This document shows positions 56,422 through 64,000 of a stretch of DNA of 64,000 nt, in pieces. Position numbers and translations under genes: made by a program. Source of the stretch: an uncultured virus (IMG/VR IMGVR_UViG_3300023109_000016) (taxonomy: Duplodnaviria > Heunggongvirae > Uroviricota > Caudoviricetes); the IMG/VR virus record IMGVR_UViG_3300023109_000016. One strand, 5' to 3'. A model generated the notes under the pieces. The model saw only the letters and a list, made by a program, of their open reading frames with translations. It searched no databases and was not told the DNA's origin. Position 1 is the first letter of the stretch. Each line of letters opens with the position of its first letter.

Positions 56422-56958
56422 TTACTTTTTATATTTAATGTTTTTAATTAAATTGTCTGGCTTTTTAATTTGATATTTTCCCTTGACCTTTTTTTCAGAC
56501 CATCCTGCAATTACCTGTGCCTTTCTATTGACAATATAAATAAATGCTAAATTATCATGGGAATCAATATCGTAAATAGTAATATCTCTTACGAATTGAC
56601 TATCTTTAGGAGTGGTAAATCCAATAACATTTTCATAATTTAAAACAAATGTTTGAATATCCATTTTAGGAATAGTAACATCGTATTTAGAAGAAAGAAT
56701 ATCTCTTGAACATCCTCTTTGAATAAGTCTTTCTTTTTGCTCTTTGACTACCTCATGAGGATATCCTGCTTTAATTTTAAAATAATCTGTAGCCTTAAAC
56801 GGTTTCTTTTGAGAAGCCATTTTTTGAACTTGAGCAATAAATGGTTGCAATTCTTTTAAAAACCAATCAGGAATTAAATAATGAGTATGATAATGGTCGT
56901 TAGAATCTTCTAATGAAAATTCAATAGTGTCCATAAAGTCTGCAATAGTAAGTCCCAT
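56422..56958 (-). CDS. Hypothetical protein
   Basis: 178 aa; TTAAATAGG promoter. Confidence 0.7.
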   Translation of the reverse strand: MGLTIADFMDTIEFSLEDSNDHYHTHYLIPDWFLKELQPFIAQVQKMASQKKPFKATDYFKIKAGYPHEVVKEQKERLIQRGCSRDILSSKYDVTIPKMDIQTFVLNYENVIGFTTPKDSQFVRDITIYDIDSHDNLAFIYIVNRKAQVIAGWSEKKVKGKYQIKKPDNLIKNIKYKK

Positions 56959-56983
56959 AAAAAGAGATTTATTGTTTACCTAT

Positions 56984-58006
56984 TTAACCTCTTCTCTTAG
57001 AGAACCATGCACCAGATAGTGCCGCAACACCCACAACAATTGCAGATGCAGTCCAACCACCAAGTCTAAAGTTTCTAACGACAGGCAAGTCTTGGAAGTA
57101 ATCTACAATATCTTCAGAATCATAAGGGTTGTAATCCATAGGGTCGCCATAAGGAGAGAACTCTTCTGGGTTGTAATCATAAGCATCTTCTTCAGCCCTC
57201 ATTTGACCGAAGTTGTTGCCTTCTCCAACATCTCCAAAGGCTGATTCTTCTTCAGCGGCTTGACCGACCACAAGACCCTCATAATCTTGACCAATTATAT
57301 GACCATCATCAGGGGCAGGAAGTCCCATCAGGTCTTCAGCACCGTGAATATCTTCAGCACCTTCTACAACAGTAGGGTTGATTCTGGAAAGGTTTTCTGC
57401 ATCATATTCTTCAGCATCCATTTCCATATATTCTTCTTCCATTTCTTCAGCCCTCATTTGACCGAAGTTGTTGCCTTCTCCAACATCTCCAAAGTCAAGT
57501 TCTTCTTCTGCATCAGCAACAGTTGATTCTTCAACAGATTCTTCATTATCTAAGTCTTCAATAAAAGCCTTAATCTTAGTCTTTTCATCAGAATTGTCTG
57601 GGATGATGAAATTAACAGTAAATCTTCCACCATCAGCAGACTTAGGGCCTAAAGTAAGGTTCTTATATCTTTGAGCGTCTTGACCAACTCTAAAAACTCT
57701 GGTCTTTACATCGGTTATTTCTGGTTGTCCTATTCTACCTTGATTTCCCCTAATCATAACTACATCTTGTTCATTATCAAACACGATTTGAGTGGGGGTG
57801 AAAAGGTGCGTATCTGTCTTACCAATTTCGTAATACATTTGACACCTTGATAGGTTTTCATCTTCAACCATCTTCGGCGTAGCCTTGCTTGCGGGAACAA
57901 CCCAAGCCCTGCCATAAAAATTGGTTTCTTCGTTGAAAGTATCGGAGTCAAAACCCCAGAAATCATTACTTCCAATATATACTGCATCTACTTCTTCTCT
58001 TGCCAT
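56984..58006 (-). CDS. AE-linker modular protein with C-terminal TM
   Basis: About 9 AE/SE linkers, duplicated FGDVGEGNNFGQMRAEE, TM WTASAIVVGVAALSGAWF. Confidence 0.85.
   Translation of the reverse strand: MAREEVDAVYIGSNDFWGFDSDTFNEETNFYGRAWVVPASKATPKMVEDENLSRCQMYYEIGKTDTHLFTPTQIVFDNEQDVVMIRGNQGRIGQPEITDVKTRVFRVGQDAQRYKNLTLGPKSADGGRFTVNFIIPDNSDEKTKIKAFIEDLDNEESVEESTVADAEEELDFGDVGEGNNFGQMRAEEMEEEYMEMDAEEYDAENLSRINPTVVEGAEDIHGAEDLMGLPAPDDGHIIGQDYEGLVVGQAAEEESAFGDVGEGNNFGQMRAEEDAYDYNPEEFSPYGDPMDYNPYDSEDIVDYFQDLPVVRNFRLGGWTASAIVVGVAALSGAWFSKRRG
57188..57494. repeat. Exact 52-bp direct repeat inside a CDS
   Basis: 57188-57239 is identical to 57443-57494. Confidence 0.9.
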
Positions 58007-58007
58007 T

Positions 58008-58724
58008 TCAAACTCTCCTTAACATTTTTTCAGTTCCTACATATGGTCTAAACCTTACTGTGAAATCATTTACTACATCAACCATGCCTTCGCTCCTCCA
58101 TTGAGCAAGACTTAATGTTTTAGAACTATCTGTATAGGAATCATTAGCATCTGGGTCTAATGTTCCTGAATAAGTCTTACCATTAGGAGAACTAAGTCCA
58201 ATTCTTGAACCGTCTCCTGCAGGAGTCATAAAAGGTTGTGTTAAATCAAGACCATAAGTTTGAGTAGGTCTGCAACAATCATCCTTTGATGTAGGAATAG
58301 AAGGCTTTAATTGAGCAATTGGGGAAGGAATCAATTCTTGACCCGGAGCCATTGCGTTAAAAGTCGTAAAATCCTCAGCAGAAAGATTATAATTATATGG
58401 ATTTTCAACACTAATCATAACATCTGAAACTCCTCCTCCGTAAGGACTATCGTTTACATAGGTGGTAGTTTTGTCAAATGCAAGGTGTCCTGCATAAGAG
58501 GAAGAAGGGTCGTATTGAACTGGAACTAAGTCTACAGTCATACCCGTTCTTTGTCTGTCCACTTCTTCTAATTGAGAAGGGCTAAATTTTGCTTTAATTC
58601 TATCTACAATAGTTTGAAAACCATTGGAAGATTCAGGTTCGGCTTCAAAACCTAATGAACCTCTAAAATGATAGGCCACTAAAGCCAATGCACCAGTTAA
58701 AAGAACAGTTCTTCCACTTACCAT
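58008..58724 (-). CDS. N-terminally anchored AE-linker protein
   Basis: TM, then GFEAE and LSAED; TTTAAGTATC promoter. Confidence 0.8.
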   Translation of the reverse strand: MVSGRTVLLTGALALVAYHFRGSLGFEAEPESSNGFQTIVDRIKAKFSPSQLEEVDRQRTGMTVDLVPVQYDPSSSYAGHLAFDKTTTYVNDSPYGGGVSDVMISVENPYNYNLSAEDFTTFNAMAPGQELIPSPIAQLKPSIPTSKDDCCRPTQTYGLDLTQPFMTPAGDGSRIGLSSPNGKTYSGTLDPDANDSYTDSSKTLSLAQWRSEGMVDVVNDFTVRFRPYVGTEKMLRRV

Positions 58725-58763
58725 ACTATCCCTCTTAACTTACCGATACTTAAAGATTACGAT

Positions 58764-58967
58764 TTAACCTCTTTTAAAAATAGTCATCATTGAAAGAGTA
58801 ATCAAAATTCCTAAAAAGATTCCTGAGGTAAAAAGAGCAGTTTCGTAAACAGGAAAATGGCTACTTACCAATACATTATTAGATGCTTGTGTTTCATTTC
58901 CAAATTGGGCTTGTGTGCTTCCAAAAGCAATCATCGGCATAGAAGGCGTATACATAACTCCAGACAT
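58764..58967 (-). CDS. Small protein with C-terminal TM
   Basis: ORF 58764..59000; GGAGGT SD before ATG 58967. Confidence 0.65.
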   Translation of the reverse strand: MSGVMYTPSMPMIAFGSTQAQFGNETQASNNVLVSSHFPVYETALFTSGIFLGILITLSMMTIFKRG

Positions 58968-58971
58968 TTTA

Positions 58972-60396
58972 TTACCTCCTACCGTAAAGGAATCCTGCAA
59001 TTAAAGCCATTGCTAAAATACTCTTTGAAGAGGTAGGGGTTAAAATGCTTTCAGCCGCATTTCTGTGAACGGTGTATCCTTTATTAGATTTCCTATGGCT
59101 TCCCCTTCCAAAAAATGCAGGAGGCCAAAACATCATGCCTTCAGTCTTTTTAGACTTTTTAGCATAATTTTCTATTGCGGCTCTTTTACCTTCAGTAATA
59201 GAATCAAAATCTCCAATAGGAATTCCTAACTCATTCTCAATAACCCATCTTCTACCTCCTTTATCCATAGGCTTAATTCCCGTAACTTCATAGAAAGTTT
59301 CTGCTTCAGCATCAAACCTTGAAAAGTCAAGGTGAGGATTGGCACATCTTGCACAAAGATACATTCCATTATACATCTTCATTTCATCAGAGTATCCGGG
59401 TTTTTCGCATTCAACACATTTAATTGTAAACCAATCTGCTTCAAAATCTTCTGCATCTCTCCTATTTCCGCAATTTGCTTCAAAGGATTCTTCAGCCCTC
59501 TTTTCATCTGTTTGGACAGAAAGTAATTTATAACATTGACACATAGGTTTTTTGGCACTACATTGATTTCCTAAATACATACATTCACAAGGAACTGATT
59601 TTGTAGCACCGCAACAACAAGAGCCCTTTTTCAAAGTTCTCTTATATTCTGCGTCAAAAAATTCTGCACTAAATTCTTCTGCCATATAATTAATGTAGTT
59701 ATTTCCGCCTGTTAAAGCATTCGCTTCATTAATAATGTAAAATCCTATTGCATCTCCCAAATCAGCATATAATTTATCTTTTTGAGGAGAGTATAGGGGT
59801 TTTCTTTCTCTATTATGTCCATCATTTAAAATGCCTTTTTCTAAAGCCGCTTCTAATCTATACATAGCATCCCTAACTCTTCTTCCGTCATAAGACCTAT
59901 TGGTTAAATCGTAAATTGGTTGAATATAATTTTCATATCTGTTAGAATCAATCCCTGTTACTTCATACCCTCCATCTTGTTCTCCCATTCCATAACAAGG
60001 TTCACAATCAACCATTCCAGAACCATTACATTCATCACATTCATCCCCCTCCCAATCTTCGCCATCTCCATTACAAATCCAACACTCTTGCTCTCCTTCT
60101 CCTAAACAAGAACCGCATTCTTCTTCCACAGGCTCTACTGAAACTAAATTCCCGTTTCCATTGTTATAATAATCGTAAACAAGAAAACTAAATGAATTTA
60201 CAAGAACTCCAAAAACGGTAGGATTCAATTCAGGGTGTCCTATAAGGTGATTAATCTCTTCTGTATAGGCTCCATTCTCATACCCAGAATTTCTATCTCC
60301 TATTTCAGTCCTTCTAAAAGGTTGTCCTTTTTGTGATGCAATTTTAATGCATTCTTTACAACCGGGCTTATAAGAAGCAATAGGTTTAAATTTCAT
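58972..60396 (-). CDS. Cys-rich modular AE-linker protein with DnaJ-type zinc finger and C-terminal TM
   Basis: Four CxxCxGxG repeats; YMAEEFSAEFFDAE, RAEESFEA, RDAEDFEAD, FDAEAE, NAAES; ORF 58972..60459, likely ATG 60396. Confidence 0.85.
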   Translation of the reverse strand: MKFKPIASYKPGCKECIKIASQKGQPFRRTEIGDRNSGYENGAYTEEINHLIGHPELNPTVFGVLVNSFSFLVYDYYNNGNGNLVSVEPVEEECGSCLGEGEQECWICNGDGEDWEGDECDECNGSGMVDCEPCYGMGEQDGGYEVTGIDSNRYENYIQPIYDLTNRSYDGRRVRDAMYRLEAALEKGILNDGHNRERKPLYSPQKDKLYADLGDAIGFYIINEANALTGGNNYINYMAEEFSAEFFDAEYKRTLKKGSCCCGATKSVPCECMYLGNQCSAKKPMCQCYKLLSVQTDEKRAEESFEANCGNRRDAEDFEADWFTIKCVECEKPGYSDEMKMYNGMYLCARCANPHLDFSRFDAEAETFYEVTGIKPMDKGGRRWVIENELGIPIGDFDSITEGKRAAIENYAKKSKKTEGMMFWPPAFFGRGSHRKSNKGYTVHRNAAESILTPTSSKSILAMALIAGFLYGRR

Positions 60397-60409
60397 TCCT
60401 TTCAAAGAA

Positions 60410-60859
60410 TCACTTCCTTGTTTGCTTACCAACCCAAATCGCCCCTGCAAGAACTGCAATAACTGAAAGATTCTTTAACCATAGCCTTTCTGGTTTTTCA
60501 CCCATCGGGAACGATATCTCATCAGACCAAGCCTCATCCCAAGAGCCGTAGGGAGCATTATCAAAATCAGCATCAAAGAATTCAGCATTCCTTGTTTCAT
60601 ATTTTCCATCCATAAATTCAGTCCTAAGTTGAGGATATCTTTGGAAAACTTTTCTCCTTACTTCTAAAGCATCTTTTTTATTGTTAGGCCATGTTGAATA
60701 AACTAAAGCCAGCATAGCGTGTCTTTCATCTCCAATAGGATAAGCCTTTCTTTCTGGGAAAACATACTCTGATTTTGCCTTTTTAGAAAGTGTAGGGTGT
60801 CTGTCTTTTACTTCAGCATCAAAAGATTCTGCATCTTTGCATCCGCAAGTTGAACACAT
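60410..60859 (-). CDS. AE-linker protein with C-terminal TM
   Basis: MCSTCGCKDAESFDAE, FPERKAYPIGDERHA domain, NAEFFDAD, TM. Confidence 0.8.
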   Translation of the reverse strand: MCSTCGCKDAESFDAEVKDRHPTLSKKAKSEYVFPERKAYPIGDERHAMLALVYSTWPNNKKDALEVRRKVFQRYPQLRTEFMDGKYETRNAEFFDADFDNAPYGSWDEAWSDEISFPMGEKPERLWLKNLSVIAVLAGAIWVGKQTRK

Positions 60860-60865
60860 TTATCT

Positions 60866-61702
60866 TCACATCCTTTTTGCTTTTGTATTAGAATCGGTGT
60901 GAACGGTTTGATAATCAAGAGGTCTGTAAGGGTCGGCAGGATTGTAATCATTACTCCAAACCGAGTCGGCAGGATATCTGTATCTTGGAAGGAAATCGGC
61001 TACAGGGTCGTATACTTCAGGATAGCCTTCAGCAGATTTCTTATCACCACATCCTCCACCACCAGAGCATCCACATCCGCATCCTCCTTCTGCCTTGAAT
61101 TCAACATTCTTAATTCTGGAAACTGCGAAAACACCTACTGCAACGGCAATAAGAGTTTTCCAAGGGAATCTTGAACCTGCTCCTTCTGCAGAATATCTGC
61201 CTCTTTCCATACCCATTGCAACTTGATTGCCTAATGCTCTTTCCCAAGACGACATATAGCCATCATTGTTTCTATCAGCCTTAACAGAGTCTAAGTTAGG
61301 ATGGTCGGGATAGATTTGACCTGTGTATGGTTTTCCATCCCTGTCAATATCAGTAAGTTTTCTTTGAGCCTCAAAGGATTCTGCATCATAGGAATAAAAT
61401 TTATCAAAATAATCATCCCTTTCCTTTTTTGTTAAAAAATATTCATCATCTATTGCACTATTAAGATAGTCAAACAGTTCTTGAAAACTCTTTTCAGTTT
61501 TTGAACCGCTTTCAATCACATACACATCAGCCTCAAAAGATTCTGCTCCTAATTTCTTAATGCCAAATCTAATCTGGCATCCTTCACAAATATTAGATTG
61601 AGGTGCAACTTCATCTGCACCACAGGAAACACAAACATCATCCATTTCAAAGAAAGGAGCCTCATAAGATTCTGCATCTCTGCAACCGCAAGTTCCACAC
61701 AT
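60866..61702 (-). CDS. AE-linker modular membrane protein
   Basis: MCGTCGCRDAESYEA, LGAESFEAD, YDAESFEA, DRNNDG loop, YSAE, TM, FKAE, GCGCGC, KSAE. Confidence 0.8.
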   Translation of the reverse strand: MCGTCGCRDAESYEAPFFEMDDVCVSCGADEVAPQSNICEGCQIRFGIKKLGAESFEADVYVIESGSKTEKSFQELFDYLNSAIDDEYFLTKKERDDYFDKFYSYDAESFEAQRKLTDIDRDGKPYTGQIYPDHPNLDSVKADRNNDGYMSSWERALGNQVAMGMERGRYSAEGAGSRFPWKTLIAVAVGVFAVSRIKNVEFKAEGGCGCGCSGGGGCGDKKSAEGYPEVYDPVADFLPRYRYPADSVWSNDYNPADPYRPLDYQTVHTDSNTKAKRM

Positions 61703-61740
61703 AGTTTTATAAATGAAGTTCCGCTATTTAAAGATTACTC

Positions 61741-62130
61741 TTAAACATCTTGCCCAAGTTTTTGTGCATCAATTTTATTAATTGTTCCTGAAGCCCATAA
61801 CTGACAAACCCAATCCCCTCTTACTGCGGCTTCATTCCTTGAACAATAAGGCTCTCCTGCGGCTTCCATCCTTCCTTTAACAAGATGTCTACAATTACCG
61901 CAGAACTTAGCATTAGCACCTGTTCCATCAGGAGTAATTTTCAATCCAGCCCTTTCTAAAGCCGCAACCCATCTGGGAGCATTTTCATAAAAATAATTAG
62001 GATATTTAGTTCCAACAGGCAAAGACTTAATAATGTCTCTATTTCCTACAACATCGGGAACATCGTCCTTTCTTGGACAAGTCCTCGCATTATGCCCCAC
62101 TCTTTTACAGATTCCACATTTCCTTGCCAT
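61741..62130 (-). CDS. Zinc-knuckle protein with a HiPIP-like Cys module
   Basis: CGICKRVGHNARTCP; CGNC...YC...V..DWVC.LW. Confidence 0.7.
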   Translation of the reverse strand: MARKCGICKRVGHNARTCPRKDDVPDVVGNRDIIKSLPVGTKYPNYFYENAPRWVAALERAGLKITPDGTGANAKFCGNCRHLVKGRMEAAGEPYCSRNEAAVRGDWVCQLWASGTINKIDAQKLGQDV

Positions 62131-62173
62131 ATGGATACACCGAACCTCTTATATCCTCTCTATTCGTGAGGGT

Positions 62174-63541
62174 TTATTGTTGGTGGTGTCCACAGTTAGC
62201 ACAGAAAGTTTCTTCAGCACCAAAGCCAAATGCAGTCCTTCTGGTTAGTCCAGCCATATCAGTTCTTCTTGAAGAGTAATCGCTCTTAGGGTCCTTCATT
62301 TCTACTACTGTATCCATTTCTCCTGTGATAATCTTTTTAGGCTTACCCATTAAACCTCTCAAGATGCTAACCTTTGGCCTTTCCATAATTCTTCTTGCCA
62401 TTCCTGACCTTCTGTCTCTTCTTTCAAGCCTTCTGGTTTCCCAAGGTTGACCAGCATTTACTCCGAATCCGAATTCACCCTCATCTGGGACAAGCATTCT
62501 GCTTGCTCCTTCTCTACCAGCATTAGCAATTCCAATTTTTCTGGTAAGTTCAGTATTTGGGACAGGCTTTGCGGCAGTTCCGTAGCCTCTTTCCATAAAC
62601 CAAGCCCTTCCTGTGTTGACACCTTTTCTGGTAAGTTTGCCTTTGGAATCTCTATTACCAACATGGTCGCCCTTGTGATAAAGTTTACCGCCCTTTGCAG
62701 AGTAGCCGGGTTTCTTAGCGGCATCTGCAAACTTAGTAGCGGCGTTGAAAGCATGAATTTGTTCAGCATTCCAATCTTCAGCACCCATTTGTCCGAAGTC
62801 ATTACCTTCGCCAATGGCTCCAAGCATTTCTTCTTCTGCCTCTCTAATTTTCTTGCCTCTCTTGGACTTTTCCCTCATTTCCCAACTTTCTTCTTTGTTT
62901 ACTCCGAATCCAACATCTCCTTGAGCAGGAACAAGCATTCTCTTGCTACCTCTTCCAGCGTTTGCAATTCCAAGTTCTCTTGTAAGTTCCGTATCTGGGA
63001 CAGGTTTCTTAGCAGTTCCATAGCCTCTTTCCATGAACCAACCCCTTCCGCCACCTACTCCTTTTCTGGTAAGTGAGCCTCCTCTACCTCTTCTTCCAAC
63101 AAGGTCGCCTTTGTAATATAATTTGCCGTTCTTAGCAGAGTATCCCGGTCTCTTAGCGGCTTGAGTAAAGGAAAGTGGAGCCTCAAACTCGGCTTCTCTA
63201 ATAGACTTTCCCTTACTTGACTTATCTCTCATTTCCCAACTTTCTTCTTTGTTTACTCCGAATCCAACATCACCTTGAGCAGGGACAAGCATTCTCTTAC
63301 CCTTCTTTCCAGCGTTTGCAATTCCAAGTTTTCTGGTAAGTTCCGTATCTGGGACAGGATTCTTAGCAGTTCCATATCCTCTTTCCATGAACCAACCTCT
63401 TCCGGTATTTACACCTTTCGTTGTTACTGAATTTCCTCTACCCCTCTTTCCAACAAGGTCGCCTTTATAATAAAGTTTGTCGCCCTTAGAGGAATATCCG
63501 GGTTTTTTTGCCGCTTCTGTAAAAGACTTTCTCTTTGACAT
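62174..63541 (-). CDS. Highly basic protein with three repeats of about 118 aa separated by AE linkers
   Basis: ORF 62174..63658; ATG 63541 fits the TTTAAGTATC promoter; repeats F..AAK.PGYS.K..KLY.KGD...; 354-bp period (62874/63228). Confidence 0.85.
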   Translation of the reverse strand: MSKRKSFTEAAKKPGYSSKGDKLYYKGDLVGKRGRGNSVTTKGVNTGRGWFMERGYGTAKNPVPDTELTRKLGIANAGKKGKRMLVPAQGDVGFGVNKEESWEMRDKSSKGKSIREAEFEAPLSFTQAAKRPGYSAKNGKLYYKGDLVGRRGRGGSLTRKGVGGGRGWFMERGYGTAKKPVPDTELTRELGIANAGRGSKRMLVPAQGDVGFGVNKEESWEMREKSKRGKKIREAEEEMLGAIGEGNDFGQMGAEDWNAEQIHAFNAATKFADAAKKPGYSAKGGKLYHKGDHVGNRDSKGKLTRKGVNTGRAWFMERGYGTAAKPVPNTELTRKIGIANAGREGASRMLVPDEGEFGFGVNAGQPWETRRLERRDRRSGMARRIMERPKVSILRGLMGKPKKIITGEMDTVVEMKDPKSDYSSRRTDMAGLTRRTAFGFGAEETFCANCGHHQQ

Positions 63542-63566
63542 AGGATTTGTTTCAAGTTTTTGATAC

Positions 63567-63902
63567 TTAAAGATTACTATTTGAAATAGAATCACAAACG
63601 GTGTCAAAGTCTTTTTTGTGTTCTTCATCATATCTATGATAATCCTTGGCAGTAACAATTAAAGAGGATAAAATTGCAATAGATGCTGGAATCCATGCAT
63701 GACTTAATTTTAAAGATTCTGAAGGGTCTATCTTAGAAACTCCTGCAGTCAAGGCAATACCAATTAATCCTCCAAAGACCGCAGATTCAAAACCGTGTTT
63801 AACAAATTCAGAATGTCTTTGAGCGAGATATGCTTCAAACCCAGATTCACAAGTGGATTCAATTTCCAACTCTTCTTTAGATTTGTATTTCTTGCCAATC
63901 AT
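63567..63902 (-). CDS. 2-TM membrane protein
   Basis: GFEA/GFES, two TMs; TTTAAATAGTCG promoter at 63921-63932. Confidence 0.75.
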   Translation of the reverse strand: MIGKKYKSKEELEIESTCESGFEAYLAQRHSEFVKHGFESAVFGGLIGIALTAGVSKIDPSESLKLSHAWIPASIAILSSLIVTAKDYHRYDEEHKKDFDTVCDSISNSNL

Positions 63903-63934
63903 ATATAAGGGTGATTCTTACGACTATTTAAAAA

Positions 63935-64000
63935 TTACTTTTTCTTATATCTTCTTTTCTTGGTAGAAGCCTTCTTCTTAGTAGTCTTTTTCTTAGTAGG
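63935..64000 (-). CDS. 3' end of a Lys-rich protein (truncated by the window edge)
   Basis: ...PTKKKTTKKKASTKKRRYKKK-stop. Confidence 0.55.
   Translation of the reverse strand, partial: PTKKKTTKKKASTKKRRYKKK

Overview
AT-rich, gene-dense window with archaeal expression signals: TATA boxes about 22-24 nt before leaderless starts, and GGTGA-type Shine-Dalgarno sites inside operons. It reads as part of a large archaeal virus or virus-like element rather than a cell chromosome. Host is tentatively Thermoplasmatota/Poseidoniales (inference). The left half (about 3.6-30.6 kb, mostly + strand) holds replication and transcription genes: PriS primase, TFB, RecE-like exonuclease, dNMP kinase, SSB-like protein, divergent MCM, UvsE and the PolD large subunit DP2. 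The right half (30.7-64 kb, all - strand) looks like a late/structural block: 4+3+1 related beta-rich capsid-like proteins, a fibre, many membrane proteins, an AAA+ ATPase, a GT2 and a double GNAT. No portal, terminase, tail tube, rRNA, canonical tRNA or CRISPR was recognised. Main unexplained signals: (1) 16 unrelated proteins carry a terminal F[MLI]NW..[NP]P[FW] tag; (2) about 15 mostly membrane-anchored proteins are strings of small modules separated by a recurring hydrophobic-x-A-E linker, with modules shuffled between genes and a JAB-like protease as candidate processor; (3) two 50-nt GC-rich hairpin RNAs have their own TATA boxes and end in CCA; (4) two promoter classes; (5) an iteron-like array; (6) a conserved double-hairpin 3' element; (7) apparent avoidance of GATC, CCWGG and GCWGC. 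All calls come from reading motifs by eye. No database searches or folding programs were run.
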